Shown here: one piece after another, positions 25,433 to 38,330 of the stretch
Layout of the letters: the number at the start of each line of letters is the position of its first letter
Numbering within the stretch: the first letter of the stretch is position 1
Assembly: GCF_036971445.1 (NCBI RefSeq)
Contig: NC_091474.1
Span: forward strand, 26,536,001-26,600,000
Origin: Narcine bancroftii
Taxonomy: Eukaryota
Direction: 5' to 3'
DNA length: 64,000 bases
Notes under the pieces: generated by a model
Seen by the model: only the letters and a program-made list of their open reading frames with translations
Database searches by the model: none
Told to the model about the DNA's origin: nothing
Position numbers and translations under genes: made by a program

Positions 25433-25611
25433 GGAAGGTTCAGACACTCGGTTCGGTACTCATGATGAAGTAGTAAAATGAATTCAAAAAGGCTGGACGA
25501 GAGAAGCCAGACAATAATGGTAATGATTGCATCTTAAGACAGGGGGCCTATGACTAGTGGTGTGCCTCAGGGATCAATCCTAGGACTATTGTGATTTGTC
25601 GTTCATACTGC
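25433..25611 (+). repeat. Inverted copy of 24037-24211 (internal CR1 segment)
   Basis: Near-identical reverse complement, including ggctggacgagagaagccagacaataatggtaatgattgcatcttaagacagggggcctatgactagtggtgtgcctcagggatc. Confidence 0.9.
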
Positions 25612-26171
25612 CTATGGACACGACCTCACTTTCTTTTGCACTATTATTTAAAAAATTTTTATATTAACTAAATTGTCATTTATAGTAACTTTGTATCTTG
25701 ATCTCACAATACTACTGCTGAAAAGCAACAAATTTTGTGACATATGTTCATGACAATGAACCTGATCCTGACGAGCTCAAATACTGATTACAGCAGAAAA
25801 TTTGTTTCGTTGTTTAGGTTTTCCTGTGTGTTTTTTTTCCACTATTGTCCCATTTGTTTGTTTTGCATGGACTTTATTTTGCTTGAAGACTTGCTTGTTT
25901 TGCTTGAAGACTAGCAAACGCCTACGGCACATTTTTCAGATCTCATCCTCTCTTCGGTGAGTTAATATTCATGTATAAAACGTCAGCCTCCCAAAAATGT
26001 CACACGCTAACATTTCATTCTTGCTGTGCCCACTGCTTTGTGGCTTCAGGCTTACTTTAGCCTTGTATTATGAGCAGCCACCTGGGGAGTTCATCTTTCT
26101 ACTGCCAGGATCTCCCTTAATGTGCAAAAGTCACAGCACCATTTGCTGTGCTGAGCAGACTACAATGGTCC

Positions 26172-26365
26172 TGGCGGCACAGTTAGTGTAGCAGTTAGTG
26201 TAATGCTATTCCTGCACCAGCAACCCTGGTCTGAATCCAGCACTGTCTGTAAGGAGTTTGTGCGTTCCCCCGGTATCTGCGTGGGTTTCCTCCGAGCGCT
26301 CCAGTTTCCTCCCACCCTCCAAAACATATGAGGTTTTAGATAAATTTGAGTGTAATTGGGTGGTT
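26172..26365 (+). mobile_element. HE1/V-SINE-like SINE
   Basis: tggcggcacagttagtgtagcagttagt head; ctgtctgtaaggagtttg...gcgtgggtttcctcc...ctccagtttcctccca V-domain. Confidence 0.85.
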
Positions 26366-27044
26366 ACTTTACAATTGAATGTCACACTTGGAAGATTTCT
26401 TACAGCATAGGGAAGGAGGCCATTCAGCCCATCAAGCCTGCATTGGCATTGTAATCATTCCCAATCCTCAACACAGTATCCTTACAAATTTTTTCCTCCT
26501 CAATTTCAATTGATTTCCTCAAGAAATTCGCTTTCTTGAGCGAATCCGGGATATGAACAAATCACAGCAAGGTTTTATTTTATTTTTTATTAACCACTTC
26601 AATTCTATTCTGTTTCTGGTCCAGTACAAATAAATCAAAAGGGGATTTAATTTTCCACTCTGCCTTGTGACGCTTTTATGAGAAAATGCTAGAAACACTC
26701 AGCAGGTCAGGCAGCATCGATGGAAGGGGAAGCAGTAAGCAGTCTGAGATCCTTTATCAAAACTGATTGAATGGTCTTTGACTCAAAACATTTTCGCAGC
26801 ATTTTTTTTCTTTTTGGCTAGATTTTGTGCATTTGCCCTTATTTTCAGACATTTATTTTAAAATCAAAATCACCTCATTGTTCTCTGCTGTGAGAACAAT
26901 CACAGTTTCTCCTCATGCCTAGAAATATTCTGCAAACTCTCTTTCTTCTGTGTCCTGCCAAGTGCTTTCGTGTCACTCCCACTTTTGATGACCAAAAGTG
27001 CTTCCAAATCAGAATTTTGCAGAGGCTCAACCAAAGGTTTAATG

Positions 27045-27600
27045 GTTCCTTTTATTGACACATAAAATACATTAAAAAAATGTAATATACATTATACGCT
27101 TCAACTTTTGTCTGCCACAAGGCAAACAATGAGTCGTCCTGAGCCTGGTGCCCCTAACAATAGGGAAAAAGAGTAACAGAAGAGAGTCCCTTCTGTGGAT
27201 TTGCCTCCAGTGCTCCCACAGCCTCTGCAGCTGCACAAGTTCATTTTAAACCATTGACAACCCAACCTCCAGATCCAAACCTCCGATACGATTAGGAAAC
27301 CTTCCGTGGCCGGGGCCCTTCAGGATTCTTTCTTGCCCTCAGCACCATCATGAATCCAGGTTCTAGTACCTGGTTCCAGGAGCCAGTCTCCAGCAGCCCC
27401 AAGCCTGTATGGGTCATTTGACCCCCCTCCCCAAGGCATCAGCAACCCCATCCTTTATGGGTCCTTCAACCCCCCCCAAGACGTCAACAGCCCACAGCCT
27501 CTGGGTTCTCCAACTGCAAGTCACCAGCAGCCCACTGCCTCTGTGGGTCCTTCGATCGCAAGTCACCAGCAGCCCACAACGTGTGGTTCAAGTTTATTGT
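27045..27600 (-). mobile_element. Non-autonomous retroelement, same family as 8435-9110
   Basis: Shared tail and body; internal short tandem gcaagtcaccagcagccca repeats. Confidence 0.5.
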
Positions 27601-28569
27601 CACATATATTAAGATTGAGGTAGTTTTGCAAGCAGACATCTAGTACATGGTACAATAAGGAAGAGACAGTACAGAAATGTGCCAATGCCAAGAGAGATCA
27701 GTTGAGAAGGAGCAAATATCTTCCAAATTGCCCATTGGGGACTGAAAGATTAGTTATTGCCTATAAAATTTCAATTTTTTAAAATTCTCATCAATCTAAG
27801 ATACCCCCTTCCAAACTCTATAATTCATAACTGTCAGCCTTTTAATTTTTTAGTTCCTCTTTTACACCAGTTTTGGCATTATTTTCATCCATGAAAAGTA
27901 TTATTTCATATATTCAACTTCAGTGGATCTTTCCCCCTTAAGTGCCTGATAATTTTTTCCCCCTTTATATTTCATTCTTTTTTAATTCCCCTTTTGATCT
28001 ATTTGTGCTGGTTTTCATATTCTATCTATCCCCTTTTTAATTGCTGTTTGAGACTGCCACTTGACAGTCTCAAACCAACTTGATTTAAAAGCTTCCCATG
28101 GTTCATTTGCACTTTTGTCTTGCGAGTCACTGACTCCAGTTTGCCTCCACTGGCTCCATTTACAGTCCACTGAAGCTAGCACTGTTCCAATTGAATCACC
28201 GTACTGACAATTGTGCCTGAGTCCATGGTTAATCTAAAAAGTACAATGCTTACAGAGAAGAATGTTGGACACCCTTAGACCCATTGCTGAGAACAAATTG
28301 TATTCTTCCAGAGAAGATTGGGTAAAGACTGATGGGGAAAGGAGAATAAAGTGTTTTTGTTCAGGTGCCTGGCTACCTTTTGCTCATATTTTTGTTTGGA
28401 CACTTGCCTACATTTTTCTCATCCCCTTATGAGGGCTCCATAATGTACACTGTTTGACCTGCTGAGTTTCCCCCAGCATTGTTTTTACTTTATTAGAATA
28501 AAGTGTTTCCTAGTTTTATCTCCAAGACCTGAATTTGATTTATTTTCAATAAAATGATGCCCCTTCAGA

Positions 28570-28706
28570 GTGCACATTTATGCAGCACTTTTGGTGACCT
28601 CTGGATGTTGTAAAGTACTTTACAGCCGGTGAAATACTTTTGAAGTCTAATTGCTGTGGTAATGTAGGGAAATACAACGGCCAGTTATACACAGCAAGCT
28701 CCCACG
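28570..28706 (-). mobile_element. Deu-domain SINE relic (SacSINE1/AmnSINE1-like)
   Basis: aaagtactttacagccggtgaaatacttttgaagtctaattgctgtggtaatgtagggaaatacaacggccagttatacacagcaagctcccac matches the recalled Deu-domain consensus (AAAGCGCTTTACAGCCAATGAAGTACTTTTGAAGTGTAGTCACTGTTGTAATGTAGGAAAC...GCACAGCAAGCTCCCAC). Confidence 0.75.
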
Positions 28707-31700
28707 GTACATTTCTTGTCATCAGAGAGCCCTCTTAAAAAGTAATTAATTACAGAGGCTGATGGTCTGAATGAAGGATTTCTTTATTCTGTCCACTGCT
28801 GCTTTCTGGATATTTTATGGAAACCCTGAATAGCGATGTCATTGGAGGTACCAGAGTGAGTTGGTGTCTGGCAATAACAGGAAGGGAGCTAAGTTAACAT
28901 GAGAGAAATGGTCATTAATCTAATGGGGCTCACCTTAAGTGTGTTATTTCTGCTCCGCCACAGTATCAGGCTCAGTTCTCCAATGAGATCAGATCATGCT
29001 GTTTTAAAACATCCTTCAAATGCACAGAACGATAAAGGACGATTGAATAGCCCATAATTGTTTATTTTCTCTCCATGACTACTTAAGTACATTTTTTTTT
29101 AAACTTCTCTGAATCGTTTCCACTTCTCTCGCAATACACAAGTGTGGTGTTTTAAAAATATCTTCTAAATCATACACCTGCAAGCGAGTTGGGAGCTTGA
29201 CTTCAGAGTTTGGGGCGGCTGTCAGTTTGAGATTTTTCATCTTTTTTTTGCCTGTTAGCAGTGATTCTACGGATGGCTTTTAATCCTTTCTGCTCCCTCC
29301 CGCTGCATCCTTTTTATATCGTCCATGCACTTTCATGAATGTTTGGGGACAATCTGTTTCTTTTCAGAATCTTTGTGCAACAGGGGCTGGTGATTGTTGT
29401 TGAGATGAGTGACTTGAAGGAAAACATTGCTGGTGATAGAATAATGGGTACCTGGGAGTGATTACTGGGTGTAATCTAATCAGGTGGCTTGGATAACTTT
29501 ATGAGAAGAGAGCTGAAATTTCAGGTGCCTTTTCCTGTGTGAATAGTCCAGTTGGCAATAACTTTTGTTTATTTTGAAATGTTGTTTTCCCATCAATCTG
29601 CCAGTTGAGTAAGATGATTCATAATTTTGTATTGTTAACACTGTTAAATTTCCACTACTCCCTCTCGCAACTTTTGGTAGTAAACTCCCAGGGATATTTA
29701 AGAGGATTTATGATCCCATTACAGCAGGTTTATATTATTTTTCTTAAATCTCTGGCTGATGATACTGAACATACAATGTCGTCCTTGCAGACGCCCAAGT
29801 CCACGTGTAATAGACCCTCGGTGGCTAGCTATGAGCTGTAGGTGACCATTTCGAGATGAATTTGCATTGATGTGGAGCCTGTCACCACTTCTGGATGTTG
29901 CATTGTGTTTTCTTAATAGGGCTTGAATATTTGAAATGTTACTCAGTTGCAGAAGCACCCCAAAGACCTACTTAAAATGTTCAGGCTATTTTCATCAATA
30001 AATCTGTTTGTTGGCAATATATTTTATAAAGTCAACTGCATGTTGCTTTAAGAGCGTGGCTCTTAAAATAGGAATATACTGCACTGACTTATCTGTAAAT
30101 AGGCAACTGATTACATATTTCGTACTTTGTTGGATGATTGAATAATTCTTGGATGTGAGAGTGGTGGTAAATTCTAGATTATTAAAATTTGGATCCTTAT
30201 TGGGCAGGTATTTATTGCTGTTCTCCGGTTATCTGGAAGTTATTATGGAAATTAAGTTGTGTGCTTGACTAATTTTTTTACAAGGCTGTTACTGGGACAC
30301 AAGGGCTTGAGTTATAAGGAGAGATTGGATAAGCTGGGACTTTTCTCCCCCTGGAGTATAGGGGACTGAAGGGGTGATGTTAGAGTGATGTACAAAATCA
30401 TGAAGGACAAGAGTGAGGTGAATAACCAATCTTCTCCTGGGGTAGGAGAATGTAAAACAAGAGGGCATAGGTTTTAGGTGAGGGAAGAAAGATGGTTTAA
30501 AAAGAAACTGACATTAATTCCAATAATTTCATATCATATGCATTATTTAAAATCTGACAACTAAGGTTGGAGGGATGGATGTCATGGTAGAAAGACTAAT
30601 TGTTTTACGTTGGGAGAATTTTGGGGGCACAGGAAAAATGTTTCAAAGACATCCCCAAAGTTGTTTTGAGCATGTGTAACAACCTGACCAATGTGGATCC
30701 CCTGAGCTAGGCAGTGGAGGAAGAGCATCAGAGAAGACTTTGAGTCCTTGAGCCATGTCCACATGACAGGAATGGGCGAGGCCTGTGGGCAATCAGCACT
30801 AGGAACATACAACATTACCCAAACAAGCCACTGGCCAGTCCTGTGAGGTAGCACCTGCACTGTCTGCAGATCCTGAGAAGCTTCAGATTGGGAGTGGAAG
30901 TAGATCAAGAGGAAGCAAGTGGCTCAGATAACCATCAAATAAGACTCGTTCTCATAGAGTAACTCACAGCCATCCCTGGATTTATGTCCTGATTAGTACA
31001 AGACCACGTTATTTTTTTAAATATCCTGCGAAACAAATCCTGCTACCCCTTAAGTCCATTTGAATCCTACTATCCCAAAGTCCATTAAAGTGAATTATTA
31101 CTCTAGTGTTGTCCATCAATAAATAGCTAATACCAAATGAAACCACTGTCATAGACTCCTGTTGTAGACTTTTTAAAAAAAAGTAGAGCAGATAATTCTA
31201 TCACGATATTTTGAGTCTTGCACGTTCCATTGTAACTGCATTCAAAACATTTACTCTTCGGACATCAGAAAGCCTTGCAGGCTGTAGTACATGCCAATCT
31301 CTAAGCGAGGTCCTTTCATTCAGATGGGATGTGGAATACCCTGGTAATGCCAGTATTTATTGTCCATCCCTATTTGACCCTGAACATTGTTATCAGTCAA
31401 GAACATTGGTAGGCCTGGAGGCCAATATGGGGCAGACTGAGTCTGGACAATAGACTTCCTTCCCTGAAGAATGTCAGTGACCCAGGTGGCTTTTTACAGC
31501 AAGCTGGTAGATTTATGGAGGTAAACAAGAAATTCTGCAGACGCTGGGGTCTAATGCAGTCCAGAAAAATGCTGGAGAAACTCAGCGGGTCATGCAGTAG
31601 GAAGTTAAAAGGTAGTCGACATATTGGCCCTGAGCCTTTGTTAGGAATTACAATAGTTTTATAGTCACTGTTTTTGATATCAGCTTTTTAAATGCCAGTT

Positions 31701-33147
31701 TTATTAAACAAATTTAACTTCTTTTGCTGGTCAAATAATCTTCAAACTATTGTTTCTTGATCAATGATCCAATAACTTGACCATTCTGATCATGTACATC
31801 CTTGATTGAGGCAAACCTTTTCATTCTGGAGTAATATCTTGGAGATTTTAAATGTGGAAATTGCATCATTTCAAGTTCTCCACATTTCAGCCTTGTATCA
31901 GACACAATTACCGTACTTTCTTCCATTAATTTGTGGGCATTTGTTTATTAGAAGATTCATTCCTTTCTCTTGTTAAAAAGAAAAGCTAGCTAGGCATATG
32001 TAGAATCAATAAACTACTTTTGTAAGACTATCTAATCCTAAAAATAACATTGAGAGCAACAAAACCCATAAAATTCTTTGAGCCATTTCCACCACCCATT
32101 GCTGATCTGAATGTTAATGCTATCTATCCACTTCGGTTCCTTAATACCCTTGCTTAACAAAACCTAACCATCTCACTTCTAACATTTCCTGGTGAACTGC
32201 AGCCTCAAGTGTTATGGTGCGGAGAGTTCCAGATATATATGTGAAGAGGACCAGCTGCTCTCGGCTCTGCCTCAATTCCCTGCACACCAAAAGAAATGTT
32301 TCATCTCCGTCCAATCGCAAGTCCTTAACCATCCCAATTAGATCATGACTTCATCATCTTTGTGCAAGAGAATTGCTGCCAAGCTTTACACAACCTGTCT
32401 TCATAACTGGAATCTTTCTGGTCCGATGGTTCTTTCTCGTCAATGCTGGTGCTCTGACAAGAAACGAGGTTGAGAACTGGTGACTAACAGTGTGGCATTC
32501 TTTGCTTAAACAGGACTTGGTGTGTGCCAGCTGGATTATGGACCATGGACATTATTATTCATAGTGTTTGCATCGAGCTATGAGGGATTTAGATTAATTG
32601 TCGGGGCTATCAAAAGGCTGACACAACCACAGTGCCACAGTGATGTCCTTCTATGTTCTAAATTTCACGATCTTAGAGGTTGTTGCTTTTAGGGTTCAAT
32701 TAGGACACTTGAAGAGCATAACTTGCAGAGTCATGGTCAAAGAGCTTGGATGTGGAACAAATTTAAAGTCCATTTGTGGCTGCCTTGGTCACATCTTGCA
32801 AGCTGTTTTATTTTAGTGTCTTGCTGTTTCATGAAGCAACTGTCATGGACAAGTTGGCTCTGGAAAGATTTCATTGTGAGAACCACGCAGTAGTTAAAAC
32901 TAACAAACAGCAAGTTGTGTTAATGTAACACTTTCACTAAAGTTAAATGCTCACAGGTGCTTCACTGGATTAAATATCATTAAAAAAGGAAACATGGCAA
33001 AAGAGGATGATTCTCTTTGGGCTTTGACCAATCAGGGCACAGCTTTTAAAGTGAGGGGCAGAAAATATGGCAGAGTTGGAGTGGAATAGAATGTGAGACG
33101 AGGAAGCTCTTCGCACCTGGTGATAATACTAAATCTACTTAAATTTT

Positions 33148-33352
33148 CAATTTAAATTTACTTGCCACACAGTAGAAGCAAATTCCGGCCCACAAAATCT
33201 GTGCCAACCCATTAACCTCACCACGTCCATTTTGGAGAGTGGGAGGAAACTAGAAAACTTACACAGGTCACAGGGAGAAAATACAGGCAGCAGTGGATTC
33301 AAACCTGGGTCCCTGCCACTGTTATAGGGTGTTGCACTAACCATGCCGTCCA
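33148..33352 (-). mobile_element. HE1/V-SINE-like SINE (internally deleted)
   Basis: gagtgggaggaaactag...ttcaaacctgggtcc...gcactaaccatgccgtcc. Confidence 0.75.
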
Positions 33353-33849
33353 GGTACAATTATATAGGTAAATGTGATAGAGAGCAGGGTGAGAATCTTA
33401 GCAGCTCTCTTAAATGCTTTTTCCATCCATAGTTGTCTTGCCAACTCATTCTCATTGTTAATTTCTCAGTTTTATCATCAGTAAATTTGCTTGATGTGAC
33501 TTGTGTGATCAGCAATAGTGCTACTGATTGAAAATGTGGGTGTTTGAGCGTAGGACAACATCTTCAGTGCTGATGCACCACCATTGTTCTGGATACATAT
33601 CTTGAGCTGTTAGATGCAGTATAAAATCCTGGTAAGAATATTTTGTGTGGGAGATGTTAGCATTCCTCTTGGTCCCTGGGAAGGTGGAAATGAGCCTCAT
33701 TCTTGAGTCAAAATAATCCATGCAGTACAGATGTTCCTCGAAGGCACAGCTCGGCACTTGAGATTCATTGATCTGATGTTTTGTATAACCCAGGGATGTA
33801 TGGCAGATTCCGTCCATAAAAGATATTAGTAAATCTGATGGGCTTTTAT

Positions 33850-34165
33850 GACATAGAACAATACAGCACAGTGCGGCCCTTTGACTCTCGATGATGCACT
33901 GACCCATTTATTCTTTCCTTAAAAAAAGAACAAAATCCTTGCTACGACCCCCCAGGCAAGGCATTCCAGGCACCCATTACTTTCTGAGTAAAAAAAAAAA
34001 TCACTTGCCCCTGATGTCTCCCCTAAACATCCCTCCCTTAACTTTGTACAAGTGTCCTCTGGTGTTTGCTGATCCTGCCCTGGGAAACAGGTGCTGGCTG
34101 TATACCCTATCTATGCCTCTCATAATCTTGTAGGCCTCTATCAAGTCTCCACTCATCCTCGTACG
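33850..34165 (-). mobile_element. CR1 LINE 3' fragment
   Basis: catagaacaatacagcacag tail; ctatctatgcctctcataatcttgta...tcaagtctcc. Confidence 0.75.
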
Positions 34166-35109
34166 CTTATTATTGGTTTAGTTCTCAAGTTGCTATGGTG
34201 AGATGTAACTCTCTCTCTCTCTCTCTGACAGCTTCAGTCCAGATTGCTAGTCCAGGTGCAAGCGCTACTTTGCCCCTCAATGGATGTAGCGGGATGTCAC
34301 TGCAATGTTCATGAGTTGCAGTACTGCAGGTGGTAAATAGCTCCCTCTAGTGACAGACTGGTTCTGTGCCTCAAACTGCAGCTCACCAGAACAGTGAAAA
34401 AGGCAGTCAGAGATAGGCCACCAAACAGGTTACAGAGGGCAGGATGCCAGTGTATTGAGGATAGAGTGGGAGGAGTAGGGCAGGATCAAGTATAGGATTG
34501 GTGGACCAGGGTGATGAATGACAGACTAGGGGCAAGCATGGAGATGGGAGACTGTTCAAGTTTATTGTCATCTGATTGTACATCAACAGTACATGTAGAA
34601 CTTGACGAAAGTGAATCTCTGGTCATTGTGCACACACACCCTGCAGACAAACAACCTGTATACATAATGATCAAAATTAAATGTGTAGAAGAATAATAAT
34701 TTATGGGTTTCTAGGATTGTTCAACAGTCTCCCTGCCTGTAGGAAGAAGCTATTTCCCAGCCTGGCAGTCTTGGTTTTTATGTGTCTGCACCTCTTTCTT
34801 GAAGGTAGTGTCTCAAAGATACTGCAGGTTGGATTGTAAGGGTCCTTGATGATTCTCTGAGCCCTCTTAAAGCACCACATTTCTGATTACCACTACCCAA
34901 AAACTGAGCATGAAAGCCAGACTATCCACATGTGCCATGCCAGCGGTTTTGCCAATGGATGCTCCAGATTGTGAAGTCATGGTGTGGGGGCTCCCCTTTG
35001 CAGCTTCAACTTAGTAAATGAATTGTTACATTATGCAGATGGTTACGCTAAAACTTGGCTGAGAAATTCCCAAGTGGAAATAATTTGGCTAGTTGCTATG
35101 TCCCATGGA

Positions 35110-35850
35110 CCATTGGACATGGAAGTAGAAATAGGCTTTTCAGCCCATTGAGTTTGCCCTGTCATTTAATCATGAGTTGATCCATTTTCCCACTCAGCCC
35201 CACTGGCCGACCTTCTCCCTATAACCTTGGCCCTGGCAAATCAAGAACCTATCAATCACTGTCTTAAATGACCTGGCCTCCACAACCACCTGTAACAAAA
35301 AATTCTATGGATTTACCACCCTCTGGCGAAGAAATGCCTCCACGTCTCTGTTCTAAGTGGATGCCTTTCAATCTTGATATTATGTCGTCTTGTCTTCGAC
35401 TCTCCCACTATGGGAAACAACCTTTCTAGATCTAGTCTGTCCATGCCTTTCAACATTTGAAATGTTTCAATGAGATTCCCCGCTTACCTCATTTGCCTAA
35501 ATTCGAAAAAGTACAGGCCAAGAGCTGTCAAACACTCCTCAGGTGATAATTCTTCTTTTCCCGGAAATATCATTCTGAAGCTCCTCTGAACCCTCTCCAA
35601 CATCAGCGCATCCTTTCTTAAATGAGGAGCCCAAAACTGCTCACAGTACTCCAAGTGAGATCTCACCAGTGCTTTATAAAGCCTCAACATCACATCCCTG
35701 CTTTTGCATTCTGTTCCTCTAGAAATTAATACCAGTATTGCATTTGCCTTCTTCACCACCTACTTAATCTGTGTTTACCTTCAGGCTATGCTGCATGAGG
35801 ACTCACAGGCCTCTACATCTGGGTATTTTCAACTTTCTCTCCATTTAAAA
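35110..35850 (-). mobile_element. CR1 LINE 3' fragment
   Basis: ORF 35484: VKKANAIL..ISRG..LYKALVRSHLEYCEQFWAPHLRKD..LERVQR. Confidence 0.9.
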
Positions 35851-36445
35851 GAAAGTCTGCCTATACCAATAGTGATTCTGCCAAGAGGTTCCCAAGCGTT
35901 GGAAGTTCACTATTGTGCTTTCAATTATACTACTTCATTTTGTCATTTAACTTTAAAAAAAATCTTATTCTAGATCTTCACCAAACATCCCCCCATCTTT
36001 ATCCATGTATTTTCCTTTATTGGTGGAGTTGGCCATGGGCTTGTGTGCCATTCTTCATAATACGTAGTTGCCTTTTGAATTGCTATTGCTCAGGCTTTAC
36101 ATTTACTTCATACCATCATACATTAGCTGTTTCTCATTCTTAAGGTGCATGCATCCTGTCCTGGCAAACATGTATCCCTCGATTAATGCGACTCAGAATT
36201 TACTCCCTGATCATTATCACACCATTTGTGGGACTCGGTGCTCTGCACAAAATTGACGCTGTTTGTAGTGCAGAGGATCATTTGTTGGAAAGTCCTAAAG
36301 ACCTTGCAAGAATAACCTGTTCCATGAAATCGGAGGTGTGGGCAGCCCAACTTGCTTCTCTCTCTATCACAAATCTGTTTGCCTCGTGTTATTGATCTAT
36401 CTTTCTCTTTCAAGCTGTCTGTCTAGCTTCACCTGAAATGCATTT

Positions 36446-37431
36446 CTTTCTTTGGCTTGGCTTCGCGGACGAAGATTTATGGAGGGGGTAAAAAGTCCAC
36501 GTCAGCTGCAGGCTCGTTTGTGGCTGACCAGTCCGATGCGGGACAGGCAGACACGATTGCAGCGGTTGCAAGGGAAAATTGGTTGGTTGGGGTTGGGTGT
36601 TGGGTTTTTCCTCCTTTGCCTTTTGTCAGTGAGGTGGGCTCTGCGGTCTTCTTCAAAGGAGGCTGCTGCCCGCCAAACTGTGAGGCGCCAAGATGCACGG
36701 TTTGAGGCGTTATCAGCCCACTGGCGGTGGTCAATGTGGCAGGCACCAAGAGATTTCTTTAGGCAGTCCTTGTACCTTTTCTTTGGTGCACCTCTGTCAC
36801 GGTGGCCAGTGGAGAGCTCGCCATATAATACGATCTTGGGAAGGCGATGGTCCTCCATTCTGGAGACGTGACCCATCCAGCGCAGCTGGATCTTCAGCAG
36901 CGTGGACTCGATGTTGTCGACCTCTGCCATCTCGAGTACCTCGACGTTAGGGGTGTGAGCGCTCCAATGGATGTTGAGGATGGAGCGGAGACAACGCTGG
37001 TGGAAGCGTTCTAGGAGCCGTAGGTGGTGCCGGTAGAGGACCCATGATTCGGAGCCGAACAGGAGTGTGGGTATGACAACGGCTCTGTATACGCTTATCT
37101 TTGTGAGGTTTTTCAGTTGGTTGTTTTTCCAGACTCTTTTGTGTAGTCTTCCAAAGGCGCTATTTGCCTTGGCGAGTCTGTTGTCTATCTCATTGTCGAT
37201 CCTTGCATCTGATGAAATGGTGCAGCCGAGATAGGTAAACTGGTTGACTGTTTTGAGTTTTGTGTGCCCGATGGAGATGTGGGGGGGCTGGTAGTCATGG
37301 TGGGGAGCTGGCTGATGGAGGACCTCAGTTTTCTTCAGGCTGACTTCCAGGCCAAACATTTTGGCAGTTTCCGCAAAGCAGGACGTCAAGCGCTGAAGAG
37401 CTGGCTCTGAATGGGCATTCAGTTGCCCATT
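36446..37431 (-). mobile_element. Young RTE-clade LINE, 5'-truncated, with a 13-bp TSD
   Basis: Uninterrupted RT-thumb/C-terminal ORF (FTYLGCTIS, RLAKANSAFGRL, QLRWMGHVSRM, C-terminal CNRC..SH..C). Short 3' UTR and (gaaa)n-like tail. ctgaaatgcattt at 36433-36445 and 37432-37444. Confidence 0.95.
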
Positions 37432-37567
37432 CTGAAATGCATTTATATTAAAACCATAAGGTATAGGAGTAGAAATAGACTCTTCACCCTGTCGAGTCCA
37501 CACTGATTCATTCTCCCACTCCTCTACCTTCTCCCCATAACCCTTGATACCCTGACTATTCAGATTA

Positions 37568-38199
37568 CAGATCAAGTACCCCTTATCTGAAATGCATGGG
37601 ACCAGATGTTTTTCAGTTTTTGGGTTTTTTTCAGATTTTGGAAGAAAGGAACTAAGCAGCACAGTAGCATCAGCAGGGATACCGGTATCAGCGATTAAAC
37701 TTCAAGAACAAACAATGGCAGGGTTCTTGAGCTCCAACATGACACCACAAGTGGAAAATTCACATGAAATAATGTTTAGTACTTAACAAAAAACTTGATC
37801 TCTGCTTACAAAAGAAGATCACCTCCCCTCCGCCGCCGCTGATCCCCAACACCTCCCTGCTACCTGTCCCCGACTATGGTCCCCACTCCTGCCCGGGAGC
37901 CTGAGGCAACTTCTTCAATGTGGATGGCACTGCACCCGATATTGAGTATGGAATTGCTGACACCAATTCCAACTGTAGCCAAAGCTAAAGACTTGGACAC
38001 AGCTCTGTTTGGCATCTTCCCGGCCAGAAAAAAAAATTGTATTTCTTAAAACTATTGCTGTAATCAAATGATGCCACCAGAGTGTCAGAGCCCCAAATGG
38101 GGAAGTCAGGTATTGATTTTTTTTTCCCCACTTGTGACATTTTGTTGCCACTAAAAAAAAATTGGTTTTTGGATCTTCGGATAAGGGGTATTCGACCTG
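37568..38199. mobile_element. Tigger4/MER46-like non-autonomous DNA transposon inserted in a CR1 3' fragment
   Basis: TA|cagatcaagtaccccttatctgaaat ... ttcggataaggggtattcgacctg|TA: TIRs with a TA TSD. The CR1 sequence continues across the insertion (ctattcagat-ta / ta-cctatcagtc). Confidence 0.85.
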
Positions 38200-38214
38200 T
38201 ACCTATCAGTCTTT

Positions 38215-38330
38215 GCCTTAAATACACAGCGACTTGGCCTCTGCAGCCATTCTCTGCCTTAAATACTCCCAACAACTTCGTCTCCACAACTACTCTCTGC
38301 CTTAAACACACCCAATGACTGCCTCCGCCC
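38215..38330. repeat. Three ~41-bp tandem units derived from a CR1 3' segment
   Basis: gccttaaa(t/c)ac recurs at about 38215, 38256 and 38299. Confidence 0.6.

Noticed and set aside
36502-37662. 386-aa ORF as a novel host protein or full-length retroelement gene
   Set aside because: The first ~80 aa are chance read-through across a Tigger-like element and a CR1 fragment. RTE homology starts only at AHSEPALQRL and the TSD marks the true boundary.
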